A stretch of DNA of 64,000 bases from Lachnospiraceae bacterium (GCA_017434885.1 JAFSGE010000031.1:52968-116967); one strand, 5' to 3'. Positions 54,940 through 63,204 are shown, counted from the stretch's first letter. Numbers and translations are program-made. Notes: generated by a model from the sequence alone, not told the origin.

Positions 54940-56690
54940 AAAACAGTTATCTGATAAGAAAACTCTATTTATCATTTTTGATTGTGTCAATTCTTTCCGC
55001 TCTTACTGCTACGGTGGGAATATTGATTGATAATATTATAGTAGGAATGTATTTAGGTGATGTTTCATTAGGCGCTATGGGGATTGTGGGGCCTATCAGT
55101 CTTATTTTTTCCGCAATCGGAAATATATGTTCCGGAGGCGGAACGGCCAGAGCGGCGCAGGCATTGGGAAAAGGTGATGGGGAAGGCTTGTATCAGATTT
55201 TTACAGTTACTGTGCTGTTTGCTGTAGCAGGGGGATTTCTCATTACTATTTTGGGACTGCTGTTCACTCCGCAGCTGGCGGAGCTTCTTGGGGCAAAAGG
55301 AGAATTACTTGAACCATCCATTCAGTATTTGCGGGGCTACTTTCTGGGGGCTGTTCCCACAATTATGCTTACGGCCCTTTCCGGATTTGTAAAGATAGAC
55401 GGTTCACCAAGATTGCCGCTCATATGCATTATAGTAATGTCTTCGGCAAATATTATTCTGGATTTTTTGATGATTCATGCATTTCATCTCGGAATGTTCG
55501 GTATGGCACTTGCAACTACCATCAGTTATGTGGTGGCAGTATTGATTGCCTGCACACATTTTTTTAAGAAGCATTCTACGCTTCGATTGGTAGTGCCAAA
55601 GAAAATGCTTGGCGAGTGGATACAGATGGTTACGACAGGTGCACCTACAGCAATCAGTAGGGTTTGTGATACCGTAAAGGTCATGGTGCTGAATCATATG
55701 CTGGTGTTGTTTGTGGGAGTAGGTGCTGTTACCGCGTTAAGCATAAGGACGCAGGCATATAGCTTTTTTGGTGCATTTTTGATAGGAATTGCCCAGGCGT
55801 CTGTGCCGTTAACCGGATTATTCTACGGAGAAGAAGATATAACAGCGTTAAAGGATATCTTAAAAAATACATTAAAAATCGGACTTTTTATCAATGTAAT
55901 ATTGGCAGTGTTGCTGTTTCTGACAGCACCGTTTTTCGTGGAACTTATGGGTGTTTCCGAGCCGGAAACAAAAAAAATGGCAGTAAATGCGGTCAGGCTG
56001 TTTGCAATCGGCGTGCCTTTTGCGCTGATTAACTACATATTTATGAGCTTTTATCAGAGTACGAAAAGAATAGCCATGGCAACCATGATTTGTGTATTAC
56101 AGTCTTTGGTATATGTGTTACTTATAGCGGTGCTTTTAATTGGAACACTTAAGGAAAGTGGGATATGGCTTGCATTTTTGGCAGCAGAAATATTAACAAT
56201 TTTCACGACAATAGCAGTGATAGCTTATCACTGCAGAAAAATTCCGGGAAAGATTACAGATTTCATGTTGCTAAAAGAAGACTTTGGAAGCAGAGAGGAA
56301 GACCGATTGGAAATTTCCGTAGGGAATGATATGGTGGAACTGGTGAACATATCTGCAGGCATTCATAAGTTTGGCGAAGGGCGCAACATCAGTCAAAAGC
56401 TTCTTAAGGAGTTGGCGCTGTGCATTGAAGAAATCGGTGGCAATGTGATACATCATGCTTTTCGTCCGGGTGAGAAAAAGTGGTTTGATATCATGATTCT
56501 GGATAAAAAGGATTTACTTATTGTGCGTCTTCGTGATAATGGAGCCGCTTTTAATCCGGTTAATTACTGCGATGACTATGATATGAAGAAAGAAAAATAT
56601 GGACTACAGTTAATCCGTAGTATGGCAGACGACATGAAGTATAAGAGAACTTTGGAAATGAATAATATCATTATTACTTTTAAGAAATAA
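54936..56690 (+). CDS. MATE-family efflux transporter fused to a C-terminal SpoIIAB/RsbW-like GHKL domain
   Basis: It has a ~440-aa 12-TM MATE core. The cytoplasmic ~140-aa tail has 'LALCIEEIGGNVIHHAF' (N-box-like), 'LRDNGAAFNP' and 'KYGLQLIRSMADDMKY'. The start overlaps the upstream stop (ATGA). Confidence 0.8.
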   Translation: MKNSYLIRKLYLSFLIVSILSALTATVGILIDNIIVGMYLGDVSLGAMGIVGPISLIFSAIGNICSGGGTARAAQALGKGDGEGLYQIFTVTVLFAVAGGFLITILGLLFTPQLAELLGAKGELLEPSIQYLRGYFLGAVPTIMLTALSGFVKIDGSPRLPLICIIVMSSANIILDFLMIHAFHLGMFGMALATTISYVVAVLIACTHFFKKHSTLRLVVPKKMLGEWIQMVTTGAPTAISRVCDTVKVMVLNHMLVLFVGVGAVTALSIRTQAYSFFGAFLIGIAQASVPLTGLFYGEEDITALKDILKNTLKIGLFINVILAVLLFLTAPFFVELMGVSEPETKKMAVNAVRLFAIGVPFALINYIFMSFYQSTKRIAMATMICVLQSLVYVLLIAVLLIGTLKESGIWLAFLAAEILTIFTTIAVIAYHCRKIPGKITDFMLLKEDFGSREEDRLEISVGNDMVELVNISAGIHKFGEGRNISQKLLKELALCIEEIGGNVIHHAFRPGEKKWFDIMILDKKDLLIVRLRDNGAAFNPVNYCDDYDMKKEKYGLQLIRSMADDMKYKRTLEMNNIIITFKK

Positions 56691-56700
56691 AGGAGAAGAC

Positions 56701-58422
56701 ATGGACAATAGATATAAGTACAGGCATAATCCAATTGTAAAGAAAATCTTTATGACAATGTTAGTTCCAACTATTTTTATGAATTTAACAACGGCGATTG
56801 CTTCCATGGCGGATGCAATTATTATCGGACAGTATCTGGATGATGCCTCCTTGTCAGTAGTAACTTTTGCAATGCCTATTTTTTTGATTATTAATGTTTT
56901 TTCCGCTCTGCTTGCAGTGGGAGGATGTATTTCCATGAGTATAGATGCAGGAAAGGGCGATAAAGAGGAAGCCAATAAAGCATTCAGTATTTCAATAGAA
57001 CTGCTTTTAGCTATGGGAGTATTGTTATTGCTTGCCGGTTTATTTTTCAGTCGTACCATTACAGGTTGGCTGGGGGCAGGAGAAGATATATTTGAATCCG
57101 TGGAACTGTATTCCCGGATTATTCTGATGGGCGGACCATTTTTTGTACTGAATACGGGACTTGCATTTTTTGTGAGAAATGACGGAAGACCAACGCTGTC
57201 CATGATGGGAATGTTTGCTTCTATTTTTGTAGATATTACATTGAATTTTGTATTTGTGGGAGTGATGAAAATCGGAGTGGCCGGTGCGGCTTATTCCACA
57301 GTAATAGGAAGCATTGTCAGTGTACTCATTGTATGCACACATTTCTTTCATGCGAAAAATACATTGAAATTCTGTTTTGCTTTTGACAGCATGGCAATAC
57401 GGATTATGAAAAACGGCGGAAGTACAGCCCTGCAATTTATTTACCAGTTTGTTACAGTACTTATTATGAATCATTTCCTCGCGGATTTGTCAGGAACAGG
57501 TGGTGTAGTTGTTTATACAGTGGTAATTAACCTTTCTACAGTGGCCCTTTCGTTGTTTGAAGGAATCAGTCAGACCATACAGCCGATGGTCAGCAATTAT
57601 TTTGGAGAAAAAAGTTATCGGAAAATGAAGGAAGTGTTGCGACTTGCTTTTATTACTACTCTTGTGATATGCGGAAGTATTACTATACTTCTTGAGGCAA
57701 TGCCGCAGTGGATTCCCATGATTTTTGGAATTGAAGATGCAGCGTTGATGGCAAATTCTGTGATTGCGGTACGCATTTATACGGCAGGTATGATTATTAC
57801 AACCGTAAATGTATTGATTAGCTATTATCTTCAGTCTATTGAACAGACCTTAATGTCAGCTGTCATAGTCAGTTTACGCAACTTTGTATTGCTGTTATGT
57901 GCAGTGTTTGTTCTCGGTAAACTGTTCGGAATGAATGGGATATGGGCAGCTTACCCGGTAGCAGAGGTTCTTACATTTTTTGTTGGCATTGGAATGATTT
58001 GTGCCAAACAGAAGAAACTGGAAAAGACCGGAAAGCATATGAACATTTTTTTGTTGGATGAAACGGTTGAATGGAACACGGAATGTTATACATATGATAG
58101 CATGAACGATGCTTTCCCTGATTTTTGCGATATTGTACTTCAATCTTTGGCAAGGAGAGGAGAATGTAGCGGAGAAATGGCACAGGATGCTGAAAACTAT
58201 CTGTTACAGCTTGGAAACGGAATCAAAAAGAAAAAAGGAAATTATATTGAAATGGAAGTAAATGGTCTTGAAAAAACCATCATTATCAGAGACAATTTGA
58301 ATCATGCAGATATTCCTGTAAATATTCAGGATACGATAAAAAGCGATAGTAATTCGGATTATGGTCCTGTGCTTGGATGGAACAGATTGATCCGTAAGGA
58401 AATAAAAAACAAAGAGGTGTAA
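56701..58422 (+). CDS. Second MATE-family efflux transporter with a ~135-aa divergent cytoplasmic C-terminal domain
   Basis: It has a 12-TM MATE core. The tail, 'AENYLLQLGNGI...YIEMEVNGLEKTIIIRDNLNHADIP...DYGPVLGWNRLI', is colinear with the tail of the upstream MATE but degenerate. Confidence 0.8.
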   Translation: MDNRYKYRHNPIVKKIFMTMLVPTIFMNLTTAIASMADAIIIGQYLDDASLSVVTFAMPIFLIINVFSALLAVGGCISMSIDAGKGDKEEANKAFSISIELLLAMGVLLLLAGLFFSRTITGWLGAGEDIFESVELYSRIILMGGPFFVLNTGLAFFVRNDGRPTLSMMGMFASIFVDITLNFVFVGVMKIGVAGAAYSTVIGSIVSVLIVCTHFFHAKNTLKFCFAFDSMAIRIMKNGGSTALQFIYQFVTVLIMNHFLADLSGTGGVVVYTVVINLSTVALSLFEGISQTIQPMVSNYFGEKSYRKMKEVLRLAFITTLVICGSITILLEAMPQWIPMIFGIEDAALMANSVIAVRIYTAGMIITTVNVLISYYLQSIEQTLMSAVIVSLRNFVLLLCAVFVLGKLFGMNGIWAAYPVAEVLTFFVGIGMICAKQKKLEKTGKHMNIFLLDETVEWNTECYTYDSMNDAFPDFCDIVLQSLARRGECSGEMAQDAENYLLQLGNGIKKKKGNYIEMEVNGLEKTIIIRDNLNHADIPVNIQDTIKSDSNSDYGPVLGWNRLIRKEIKNKEV

Positions 58423-58425
58423 AGA

Positions 58426-58935
58426 ATGAAGTGGAAATTATTCTATGTGATAACGGTTATCGGCATGATAACGGTCGGAAGTATTGGCTGCAAAAGCGCA
58501 GATGACAGTACAGCAAAGGAGAAAGATTCGGTTGTTGAGAAAGTAGAAATTTTACCACAGGATAGTACAGGAGAAACAGGTGTAGAAACTGAAAACAGTG
58601 AGTATTATCTGAATGATGCCGGTATTCTGGTGGATAAGGTTGAAGAATTTAAAACCCAGTCCTTCGGGGAGTACTCCTTAACCTATCCGATTCTGGAAGA
58701 AGGTGTGGATGAGGTTGCTGTATATGAATTTGATACCAATGAAAATGTTCACATTGTGCTGGATGCAACCAATATTTATCAGCAGATTAGCCTGGATACC
58801 CAGGGAGATTACGGAGCTGTAGAGCTTGAAGTGGTTGCACAGGCTGAAGGGATTTTGTATATGTATGATGGAGAACGGTATTATATTGAAGATGAAGTAA
58901 ATAATTTGCTGACGATATCAGATTCAATAAAATAA
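58426..58935 (+). CDS. Small lipoprotein of unknown function
   Basis: The lipobox is 'GSIGCKS'. 169 aa. It starts 3 nt after the MATE stop. Confidence 0.7.
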   Translation: MKWKLFYVITVIGMITVGSIGCKSADDSTAKEKDSVVEKVEILPQDSTGETGVETENSEYYLNDAGILVDKVEEFKTQSFGEYSLTYPILEEGVDEVAVYEFDTNENVHIVLDATNIYQQISLDTQGDYGAVELEVVAQAEGILYMYDGERYYIEDEVNNLLTISDSIK

Positions 58936-58962
58936 ATAAAAGAGACAAGAAAGGGAAAAAGG

Positions 58963-60873
58963 ATGAAAAAGCACAAAAGAATTTTATCACTGCTTCTTGC
59001 CGGTATGCTGGCAATGTTATTACTTGTCGGTTGCGGTAATGCAGATGCAGAAGCAGTAGAAACAACTGGAACAGCAGAAGCAGCAGAAGCAGCGGAATCA
59101 ACAGTGGAAGCTGTGGAATCAACTTTGGAAGAAACGGCAGATGCGGACGCAAAAGCAGAGGAAAACACCACAGACGATGATATCGTTATTTTGTATACCA
59201 ATGATGTACATACTTACGTGGACGGTCCCATCAGCTATGATGTCATTGCTGCCGTTAAAAAGGAACTTCAGACTAAATACGGATATGTATATCTGGTGGA
59301 TGCAGGAGACCATATTCAGGGAACGGCCTATGGCTCTATGGATAATGGGGAAACAATTATCAAAATGATGAACGCGGCGGGCTATGATGCGGCTACCTTG
59401 GGAAATCATGAGTTTGACTATGGTATGTTCGGATGTATGAAGGTAATTGATATGGCTGAATATCCTTATGTATCCTGCAATTTTCATCATGAAGCAGGGG
59501 GTGTATGCGGTGATAATGTATTAGACAGTTACAAGCTTTTCACAGCAGGGGAAGAAACTGTTGCACTTATCGGTATTACTACACCTGAGACCTTTACCAA
59601 AACCACCCCTGCATATTTCCAGGATGAAACGGGAAACTTTATTTACGGTATTGCAGGAGGCGAAGATGGTAGTGAGCTTTATGTAGCTGTTCAAAAAGCA
59701 ATTGATGGTGCGATGTCAGCAGGTGCAACCAAAGTGATTGCATTGGGACATCTTGGAGATGATTTATCTTCCGTACCTTGGACCAGTGAGGAAACCATTG
59801 CAAACGTAACCGGCCTTCATGCCTTTATTGACGGACACTCTCACAGTACGGTAGAAGGTAAGAAAGTTGCTGACAAGGACGGCAATCAGGTGGTATTAAC
59901 CCAGACAGGACAGTATTTTGACAGAATCGGAATAATGATAATTGACGCTGAAAGCGGCGATATCACTACGGATTTCATTGAATACAAAGAAGTTCTGGCA
60001 GCAGATGGTGAAACTGTGGAAGGCTATGAATTATGTTCTGACATGTATGAAGGAACAGAAATGATATATGATACAGAGGTACAGGCAATCAAGGATGCAT
60101 GGATTGCAGAAATTGATAACAAGCTTGGACAGAAGGTAGGAGAGGCAACAGTAGTTCTGGACAATTATGATGCGGAAGGAAATCGTATGGTCAGAGGACA
60201 GGAAACCAATACCGGCGATTTCTGTGCGGATGCATTGTATTATTTGTTTGATGATATGGAAATGGATGTAGATGTCAGTATTATGAATGGCGGCGGCATC
60301 CGTAACAAGGCAGTTACAGGAGAAGTTACATACAAAACCTGTAAGGACATCCACACCTTTGGAAATGTGGCATGTTTGCAGACTGTTAGCGGACAACAGA
60401 TTTTGGATGCACTGGAATGGGGGAGCAGACAGCTTGGTTCAGGAGAAGAGAGCGGCGGATTTTTGCAGGTTTCCGGGTTGACTTATCACATTGATACTTC
60501 CATGCCATGTACGGTACAGCAGGATGAAAATGGAATCTGGACCGGTGGACCTACAGGAGAATACCGGGTACATGAAGTGAAGGTTTATAACAAAGAAACC
60601 AATGAATGGGAAGACCTGCAGCTGGATGCTGAGTATAATCTGGCAGGCTATAATTACACACTTAGGGATTTGGGTGACGGATGTGCCATGTTTGAGGGCG
60701 CAGTCAATGTCCTTGACTATGTGATGGAGGATTATATGGTTCTGGCAAACTACGTGCAGGGATTTGAAGGCGGCATAGTAGATGCAGATAATTCTCCTCT
60801 TTTGGAAAAATATTCCGGTTTTGTGATAAACTACAGTGAAACAACAGGAAGCGGACGAATCAAAATAGAATAA
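58963..60873 (+). CDS. Lipoprotein 5'-nucleotidase / metallophosphoesterase (UshA-like) with an acidic low-complexity linker
   Basis: The lipobox is 'LLVGCGN'. Metallophosphatase motifs are 'TNDVHT', 'DAGDHIQG' and 'GNHEFD'. A C-terminal 5'-nucleotidase substrate domain is present. Confidence 0.85.
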   Translation: MKKHKRILSLLLAGMLAMLLLVGCGNADAEAVETTGTAEAAEAAESTVEAVESTLEETADADAKAEENTTDDDIVILYTNDVHTYVDGPISYDVIAAVKKELQTKYGYVYLVDAGDHIQGTAYGSMDNGETIIKMMNAAGYDAATLGNHEFDYGMFGCMKVIDMAEYPYVSCNFHHEAGGVCGDNVLDSYKLFTAGEETVALIGITTPETFTKTTPAYFQDETGNFIYGIAGGEDGSELYVAVQKAIDGAMSAGATKVIALGHLGDDLSSVPWTSEETIANVTGLHAFIDGHSHSTVEGKKVADKDGNQVVLTQTGQYFDRIGIMIIDAESGDITTDFIEYKEVLAADGETVEGYELCSDMYEGTEMIYDTEVQAIKDAWIAEIDNKLGQKVGEATVVLDNYDAEGNRMVRGQETNTGDFCADALYYLFDDMEMDVDVSIMNGGGIRNKAVTGEVTYKTCKDIHTFGNVACLQTVSGQQILDALEWGSRQLGSGEESGGFLQVSGLTYHIDTSMPCTVQQDENGIWTGGPTGEYRVHEVKVYNKETNEWEDLQLDAEYNLAGYNYTLRDLGDGCAMFEGAVNVLDYVMEDYMVLANYVQGFEGGIVDADNSPLLEKYSGFVINYSETTGSGRIKIE

Positions 60874-60884
60874 GGAGAGCAGGA

Positions 60885-61022
60885 ATGGATGGGACCAATT
60901 TTGGGGAAAAACTTGCGGATTATGTCAAAAATCTGCGGATATGCAGAAGCTGCGGAAGGTTCTGTAAACGAAGAATGTCCGGTGTGTTTTACAGAAAATG
61001 CGGATCTGAATGTAAGTGCTAA
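60885..61022 (+). CDS. Possible 45-codon basic Cys-rich small ORF (uncertain; overlaps the repeat element)
   Basis: 'aaggag' lies 7 nt before the ATG at 60885. The product is 'MDGTNFGEKLADYVKNLRICRSCGRFCKRRMSGVFYRKCGSECKC', with 7 Cys. Several Cys codons come from the repeated TGCGGA DNA motif, so coding status is doubtful. Confidence 0.2.
   Translation: MDGTNFGEKLADYVKNLRICRSCGRFCKRRMSGVFYRKCGSECKC
60906..60950 (+). repeat. Copy B of the ~45-bp TGCGGAT-repeat element
   Basis: 'gaaaaacttgcggattatgtcaaaaatctgcggatatgcagaagct'. TGCGGAT starts at 60914 and 60934 (20-nt spacing). Further (T)GCGGA(T/A) copies lie near 60951, 60999 and 61061. Confidence 0.6.
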
Positions 61023-61057
61023 TCCTGTGACACTTACCTTGCATAATTTTTCTTTGG

Positions 61058-61330
61058 ATGGCGGATATTATGCGAGAAATGAAAATCACGCAATATTTGG
61101 GAGCGGTATGTATCTTGGGACAGGATTGGTATGCAGGTGTTACGAAAGAAAGTTGCAAGCAGGTGGAAGCGGTATTTAAGGATTGTAAGTATCCTTCCTG
61201 TGCAGATGAACGGCTTACCCAGAGGCTCTTTGATTTACAGCCGGGAACAAAGATGAAGCCTGCGGCGGAGAAGATGACTGCATCCATGTCCATAATGAAA
61301 ATTGCTAATAGCAGTAGATATGATGCGTAA
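61058..61330 (+). CDS. Hypothetical protein (weak call)
   Basis: 90-aa ORF ending just before a strong bidirectional terminator. There is no recognisable family and the RBS is poor. Alternative starts lie at 61070 and 61079. Confidence 0.35.
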   Translation: MADIMREMKITQYLGAVCILGQDWYAGVTKESCKQVEAVFKDCKYPSCADERLTQRLFDLQPGTKMKPAAEKMTASMSIMKIANSSRYDA

Positions 61331-61342
61331 ATGATAATATAT

Positions 61343-61392
61343 AAAAAAGAACTTTCACTTATGATGACTTGGTTAAGTGAAAGTTCTTTTTT
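61343..61392. terminator. Bidirectional rho-independent terminator between convergent genes
   Basis: The stem 'aagaactttcactta'/'taagtgaaagttctt' is flanked by A6 on the 5' side and T6 on the 3' side. Confidence 0.85.
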
Positions 61393-61394
61393 GA

Positions 61395-62495
61395 TTACAT
61401 TTCTATATGCAGTATATTTGTACCGTTCCGGTAGGTATGAGTATGATGTTTAGCCATATTTTGCAAAATAGTAATGCTCAGATTATCCTCCATGGTATCC
61501 TCTGCTTCAGATGCAAAAGGATTGAAGGAAGCTCCCATACTGGTACAAATGAGCAGAATAGTTTTATCAGCTTCGGAGTATTCAATGGAAATCTCGATAT
61601 CAATCCGGTCGGGATTTAGTTCCATAATCGGATAAATAAGTTCTTCTGTACAAAGTTGTAGACGGTTTGCAGTTTTCAGACCAAGACCGTAGCGGTTCAC
61701 AAAATCGTAAATACCCCCCTGGATGGCCATTAAGTCGAAATTCTTATCCGTTATATGATAGTTGAAAAACTTCAGTTTCTTAATAAAGGAAATTGTCTTT
61801 TCTCTTTGAGGATTTTCAAAAATTTGTTTCGGTGTACCCTGTTCGTAGATGCCCTTGTCTGCAAAAAACAGAACCCGGTCTGCAATCTCCTTTGCAAAAT
61901 TCATTTCATGGGTCACAATCAGCATTGTCATTTTCTTTTTGGCGAGTCCGCGCATGGTTGCCAAAACCTCTCCCACCATGGTTGGGTCCAAGGCAGATGT
62001 AGGTTCATCAAAGAGCATAATTTTCGGGTCCATCATCAGACAGCGGGCGATGGCGATCCGCTGCTTTTGCCCACCGGAAAGATTGGCCGGCATGGCATAT
62101 GCTTTTTCCGGCAAACCAACTTGATTTAATAAATTTCGGGCCTTTTTTTCTGCATTTTCACGGCTCATCTTACGAAGATGTACCGGTGCAAGGCATAAGT
62201 TATCCATTACGTTCATATGGGTAAAAAGGTTGAAATTTTGGTATACCATTCCCATGCTGCAACGGATTTTATCAATATCAGCATCTTTGGCGGTGATTTC
62301 CTGATCATCAATAATAATTTTTCCGGCATCCGGAGCCTCTAACAGTTCCATGCAGCGTAAAGTAACACTTTTTCCGCATCCGGAGCCTCCGATAATAGCA
62401 ATGACTTCGCCTTCTTCTACGGCTAAATTCACATCCTTAAGTACTTCCAGAGAACCGAAGGATTTGCATAATCCTTTGATTTCGATTAAACTCAT
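61395..62495 (-). CDS. Polar amino acid ABC transporter ATP-binding protein with a ~120-aa C-terminal extension
   Basis: Walker A is 'GGSGCGKS', the signature is 'LSGGQKQRIAIARCL' and Walker B is 'MLFDEPTSALD'. At 366 aa it is longer than the ~240 aa usual for this family. The tail has 'LQLCTEELIYPIM', 'SMGASFNPF' and 'ITILQNMAKHHTHTYRNGTNILHIEM'. Confidence 0.9.
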   Translation of the reverse strand: MSLIEIKGLCKSFGSLEVLKDVNLAVEEGEVIAIIGGSGCGKSVTLRCMELLEAPDAGKIIIDDQEITAKDADIDKIRCSMGMVYQNFNLFTHMNVMDNLCLAPVHLRKMSRENAEKKARNLLNQVGLPEKAYAMPANLSGGQKQRIAIARCLMMDPKIMLFDEPTSALDPTMVGEVLATMRGLAKKKMTMLIVTHEMNFAKEIADRVLFFADKGIYEQGTPKQIFENPQREKTISFIKKLKFFNYHITDKNFDLMAIQGGIYDFVNRYGLGLKTANRLQLCTEELIYPIMELNPDRIDIEISIEYSEADKTILLICTSMGASFNPFASEAEDTMEDNLSITILQNMAKHHTHTYRNGTNILHIEM

Positions 62496-63160
62496 GCCTT
62501 TTTCCTCCTGTGTTCAGTATAAAATCCGTGTAAAGCAAACAGACCGTTTACGATGTAAGCAACCGCAAGATAAAGGATTACACCTACAATAAGCATAAAC
62601 ATAGGTTTCATGGTACGGGCGGAAAAGTTATTGATGACACGGGTAAGGTCTGTAATGGAAACATATCCAAGTACACTGGTCCACTGAATCAGATTGATAA
62701 TAGTGGATTGATATACCGGTTTGGCAATCGTAAGAGCCTGCGGAAGTGTAATCAGGCAGAATGCCTGCCATTTGGAAAAGCCTAAGGTACGGGCGGCTTC
62801 TGCCTGTCCTTTATCTGTTGCATCCAAAGCGGCACGCATAAGCTCCGCAACATAAGCGGCGGTATTCAGCCCAAATGCAAGGATTGCTACTGTTGAAGCA
62901 TCTAACGGACTCCTGGCAAAGATTCCGTAATAAAAAAGCAACAACAGCATGGAGACAGGTGAACCTCGCAGAATAGCGATATATACTTTGGCAAAATTGT
63001 GTAAAAAAGCATTTTTACTTCTTCTCATACAGCAGATAAGTGCACCTGCCAAGGTTCCTAAAATCAGGGCAAAGAAAGAGATTTTTATGGTAATTCCAAG
63101 TCCTTTTAAAATGCTTAACCAGGCATCATCCTTGATAAGCATATTGTAGATTGCTTCCAA
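62492..63160 (-). CDS. Polar amino acid ABC transporter permease (His/Glu/Gln/Arg/opine family)
   Basis: 222 aa with 5 TM helices. The EAA-like loop is 'AALDATDKGQAEAARTLGFSKWQAFCLITLPQAL'. The stop overlaps the ATPase start. Confidence 0.9.
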   Translation of the reverse strand: MEAIYNMLIKDDAWLSILKGLGITIKISFFALILGTLAGALICCMRRSKNAFLHNFAKVYIAILRGSPVSMLLLLFYYGIFARSPLDASTVAILAFGLNTAAYVAELMRAALDATDKGQAEAARTLGFSKWQAFCLITLPQALTIAKPVYQSTIINLIQWTSVLGYVSITDLTRVINNFSARTMKPMFMLIVGVILYLAVAYIVNGLFALHGFYTEHRRKKA

Positions 63161-63204
63161 ATTCGTTCACTCCTTTTTATTATATTTTGACATAACACAG
63201 TTTG

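Noticed and set aside
56610-57203. 197-aa minus-strand ORF spanning the MATE-MATE junction
   Set aside because: It lies antisense to two strongly supported, tightly spaced MATE genes, so it is a shadow ORF.
60841-60900. A hand-read of this sequence line seemed to put the nucleotidase ORF in frame with the downstream Cys-rich frame, suggesting a possible long fusion
   Set aside because: My manual base count here disagreed by 1 nt with the supplied ORF track (stop at 60873, next ORF at 60889). I deferred to the track. Coordinates in this line should be treated as +/-1.
42146-60950. The ~18.8-kb segment between the two 45-bp elements, considered as a classical integrative island with att sites
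   Set aside because: No integrase, recombinase, tRNA or exact direct repeats are present, and the repeats are only about 80-85 percent identical. Recent acquisition is plausible because of the truncated RelA/SpoT gene, but a site-specific element is not supported.
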